Shown: positions 61,308 to 64,000 of the stretch, piece after piece
Position numbering within the stretch: the stretch's first letter is position 1
How the letters are laid out: every line of letters starts with the position of its first letter
Assembly (NCBI GenBank): GCA_947460345.1
Contig: CANHGM010000001.1
Span: forward strand, 132,744 to 196,743
Direction of reading: 5' to 3'
Length of the DNA: 64,000 bases
Origin: Bacteroidota bacterium
Lineage (GTDB): Bacteria; Bacteroidota; Bacteroidia; UKL13-3
The notes under the pieces: model-generated
Databases searched by the model: none
What the model saw: the letters and a program-made list of their open reading frames with translations, nothing else
What the model was told of the DNA's origin: nothing
Made by a program: the position numbers and the translations under genes

Positions 61308-63520
61308 TTTGCATTTATCATATATGCTCCCTCTTCATAAGTAAAATGAACAGGAATAGACAAATTCTTTAGTTCATTTTTCCATCTTTTTATTAGCCAA
61401 AGTTTATTGTTTCCATCAATTACAATTTGTTTGCAATTAATTTTATTAACTATTTCTTTTAAAAATATTTTAGGACTACAACTGACAAGAACACAATCTA
61501 TTGGTTTAGAAATTGTAGGAATATTTTTAGTGTCTATTCTAAACAAATATACTTTATTAAATATATATAAATTATTACTTGATTTAATATTTTTATTCTG
61601 AATGACAGAATTAGATTTCATCACTCTTATCTTATCAATATAACTGTTCATCAAATGAGGTTTAATTTTCAAATCAAAAAGTTTGTTAAAATTAAAACAT
61701 GATGAATCAGAAATAACTATAGATTCTTTACCATTTAAAAAAGAAAAAGTAGTATTTTTAGGCCAATGATATATCCAAACTTCTTGTTGTTCTTGGTGTC
61801 TTATATCTTCAATAGATTTAGAAAATGTTAGCATGATCAAGGTAAATAAAACTGCCCAAATCCAATTTTTATTTTTATATACAATAATAAAAGCACTAAA
61901 GAGGATCAAACAAGCAATAAGTATAGCTTGGGGTAAACTAATAACCAAATCATTAGTAGTTGAATAGGGAATTTTATCAATAGTATATACCAATTCGTCA
62001 GTTAAGTATATAGTAGCATTTAATAACCATCCACAAGCTTGTGCTAGTATAGGAATAGAACTAACAGCCAATAAAATTAAACCTAAGTAGGTAATAAGAG
62101 TTGACAATGGAATGATTAATAAATTACTTAGTAAAAAATAGTTAGGAAACTGGTGGAAATAATAAAAACTAAAAGGACATGTTGCAGCTTGGGCCGCTAT
62201 AGACACGCACGATATATTCCAAATTTGATCTAATATCCAATATTTAGGTTGGTAAAATTGATATAGTTTGGGATGCAAAAAAATGATGCCTAAAACAGCA
62301 CAATAAGATAATTGAAAACCTACATCATAAACGAGTAAAGGATTATTCACTAATAAAATAAAAGCTGAAGCAGCAATAGAATTATATATGTTAATATTTC
62401 TATTTAATCCAATACCTATGGATATAAAACTAAACATTAAAGCCGCTCTAAGAACAGAAGGAGAAAAACCAGTAAGCATAGCATAAAACCACAACAAAAT
62501 AATAACTATCACCGTTTTTAACATAAGAAATTTCCTTTTTTTGTTCATAAAAGACAATAAAAAAGTTAGTACAGTATATACAATTCCTACATGTAAACCA
62601 GAAACTGCTAACACATGCAAAGTGCCCGTATGTGCATATGCATTTACAAGGTCTTTATCTAACTCTTCTCTATAACCGAATATTAAAGCAGCAGCAACTC
62701 CACTTTGTGTTTTGTTAGGTATGTATTTCTTATAAACTTCAAATATTTTGGTTTTTAGAAAATATGACCAATTCATAAATAGATTACTATTCCCATTTGA
62801 CCATTTTAACCATTGATTTGAATTAAGTCTTTGTGAGAAATATATATCATTGTTTTCTAAATATTTTTTATAATTAAACTCAAAAGGGTTTTTAGGAGAA
62901 TCAGTTTTTTGGGGATTAAAATATATAAGAAGTTCACTTCCGTATTTTATATTTTCAATAGCCTTTGATTTCTCAAAATATAAAAGTAAATTACCTGATG
63001 TTTTATATGAATATTTATTTTGAAAGACTTGAACTACAACTGCTTTTGTTCTATATGAATTTTGAAGTTCGGTGGGGGGCTCATATATCTTTATTAAAGC
63101 TTTTGCATTAGTATCAATTAACAAAGAATTAAAATGATTTGGTGATAGAATATTTCTTTTAAGATTTACTGAAACATTCCCATAAACTATTAAAAATAGA
63201 AATAAAAAAACTCCTGTAATAAAGCTATAACTATATGATTGAGAAGTTTTTTTAATAAATATCCAGCACAAATAAAACACAAAAACTGTGCTTAACATAT
63301 AAATAGCTGAAGTTAAATCTACATCAAAAAAACTTTCAGAAATAATCCCAATTAAAAAAGGTAGTAAAAGCCTAACTATAGGCATACTATACCACTTAAA
63401 ATATACTAATCCTTGAAGTGTAAATTCTCTTTTACTATCAGTATTTGAAAATTTTTTTTCAATCCAGTTAGTAACTTTATAAAAAAGAATTTTATATGTT
63501 GAAGAATTCTTGTCCATCAA
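61304..63520 (-). CDS. comEC: ComEC/Rec2 competence membrane protein
   Basis: NPFEFNY, G.LHVLAVSGLHVG, SPSVLRA, GFQLSY.A, and F.QFP.YFL.SNL motifs. Confidence 0.93.
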   Translation of the reverse strand: MMDKNSSTYKILFYKVTNWIEKKFSNTDSKREFTLQGLVYFKWYSMPIVRLLLPFLIGIISESFFDVDLTSAIYMLSTVFVFYLCWIFIKKTSQSYSYSFITGVFLFLFLIVYGNVSVNLKRNILSPNHFNSLLIDTNAKALIKIYEPPTELQNSYRTKAVVVQVFQNKYSYKTSGNLLLYFEKSKAIENIKYGSELLIYFNPQKTDSPKNPFEFNYKKYLENNDIYFSQRLNSNQWLKWSNGNSNLFMNWSYFLKTKIFEVYKKYIPNKTQSGVAAALIFGYREELDKDLVNAYAHTGTLHVLAVSGLHVGIVYTVLTFLLSFMNKKRKFLMLKTVIVIILLWFYAMLTGFSPSVLRAALMFSFISIGIGLNRNINIYNSIAASAFILLVNNPLLVYDVGFQLSYCAVLGIIFLHPKLYQFYQPKYWILDQIWNISCVSIAAQAATCPFSFYYFHQFPNYFLLSNLLIIPLSTLITYLGLILLAVSSIPILAQACGWLLNATIYLTDELVYTIDKIPYSTTNDLVISLPQAILIACLILFSAFIIVYKNKNWIWAVLFTLIMLTFSKSIEDIRHQEQQEVWIYHWPKNTTFSFLNGKESIVISDSSCFNFNKLFDLKIKPHLMNSYIDKIRVMKSNSVIQNKNIKSSNNLYIFNKVYLFRIDTKNIPTISKPIDCVLVSCSPKIFLKEIVNKINCKQIVIDGNNKLWLIKRWKNELKNLSIPVHFTYEEGAYMINAN

Positions 63521-63568
63521 ACTTTAGTGATTGAACAAAAATAATTCATAAAAACAATAAAGCGTAAC

Positions 63569-64000
63569 TTATTCGTCTTCTTTACAATTGTACATTTCTT
63601 GAGACTTAAAAGTTGGTGTTTCTGAATTTTCACCATTTTTAATGGCTTCACTCATCTTTAATATTAACCTTTTCCGGTTAGCCTCAATTATACTTTTAAG
63701 TCTATTTTGATCGTAAATATCATAATAACAAATACCATCTATATATGTCTGTAAAACTTTAGCTTGAATATCCATTGGGTTATTGTCCCACACAACAATG
63801 TCAGCATCTTTACCTACTTTTATACTACCTGTATGGGTATCTACACGCATCATTTTTGCGGGATTAATGGTGCAAAGCTTTATACATTCTGTGTCACTTA
63901 GTTGTCCATATTTAGCACTTTTAGCAGCTTCTTGATTAAGTCTTCTAGCCATTTCAGCATCATCACTATTCACAGCTGTTACAATGCCCATTTTATGTAA
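63569..64000 (-). CDS. Amidohydrolase family protein, 5'-truncated by the window edge
   Basis: AVNSDDAEMARRLNQEAAK, TINPAK and GSI..GKDAD.VVW motifs. The frame stays open to base 64000. Confidence 0.88.
   Translation of the reverse strand, partial: LHKMGIVTAVNSDDAEMARRLNQEAAKSAKYGQLSDTECIKLCTINPAKMMRVDTHTGSIKVGKDADIVVWDNNPMDIQAKVLQTYIDGICYYDIYDQNRLKSIIEANRKRLILKMSEAIKNGENSETPTFKSQEMYNCKEDE

Noticed and set aside
4053-61601. Numerous 60-195 aa antisense or alternative-frame ORFs in the supplied track (e.g. 22874-23461, 14621-14998, 42748-43122)
   Set aside because: They lie within or largely overlap well-supported genes and read as shadow ORFs.

Overview
An AT-rich chromosomal segment from a Bacteroidota bacterium. 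The assignment rests on T9SS C-terminal domains, TAnnTTTG -7 promoter elements, a split metH and an sdhCAB operon. It is mostly housekeeping and envelope genes: a minimal ars-like cluster, two TonB-dependent receptors, metF, wzz/O-antigen ligase, an S41 protease, envC, comF, nadC, gpmI, lpxB, recA, lolA, sdhCAB, an rRNA pseudouridine synthase, a SAM-I riboswitch with split metH, hutU, an M1 aminopeptidase, galE, selD, an ECF sigma/anti-sigma pair and comEC. The most striking feature is a ~1.35-kb island at the 3' end of tRNA-Ala(GGC) (29643-30996) with no GpC dinucleotide at all. Its four small ORFs contain no alanine, and it is bounded by a degenerate copy of the tRNA 3' end (att-like). Also notable are a 4 x 137-bp tandem array of CGTC-tagged REP dimers with fixed-length variable 22-nt segments (~2971-3524), mirror-image 11-bp-periodic boxes between a T9SS cargo gene and a TonB receptor, and an apparent window-wide excess of TATATA/ATATAT. 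All product calls come from my recognition of protein motifs, not from database searches.
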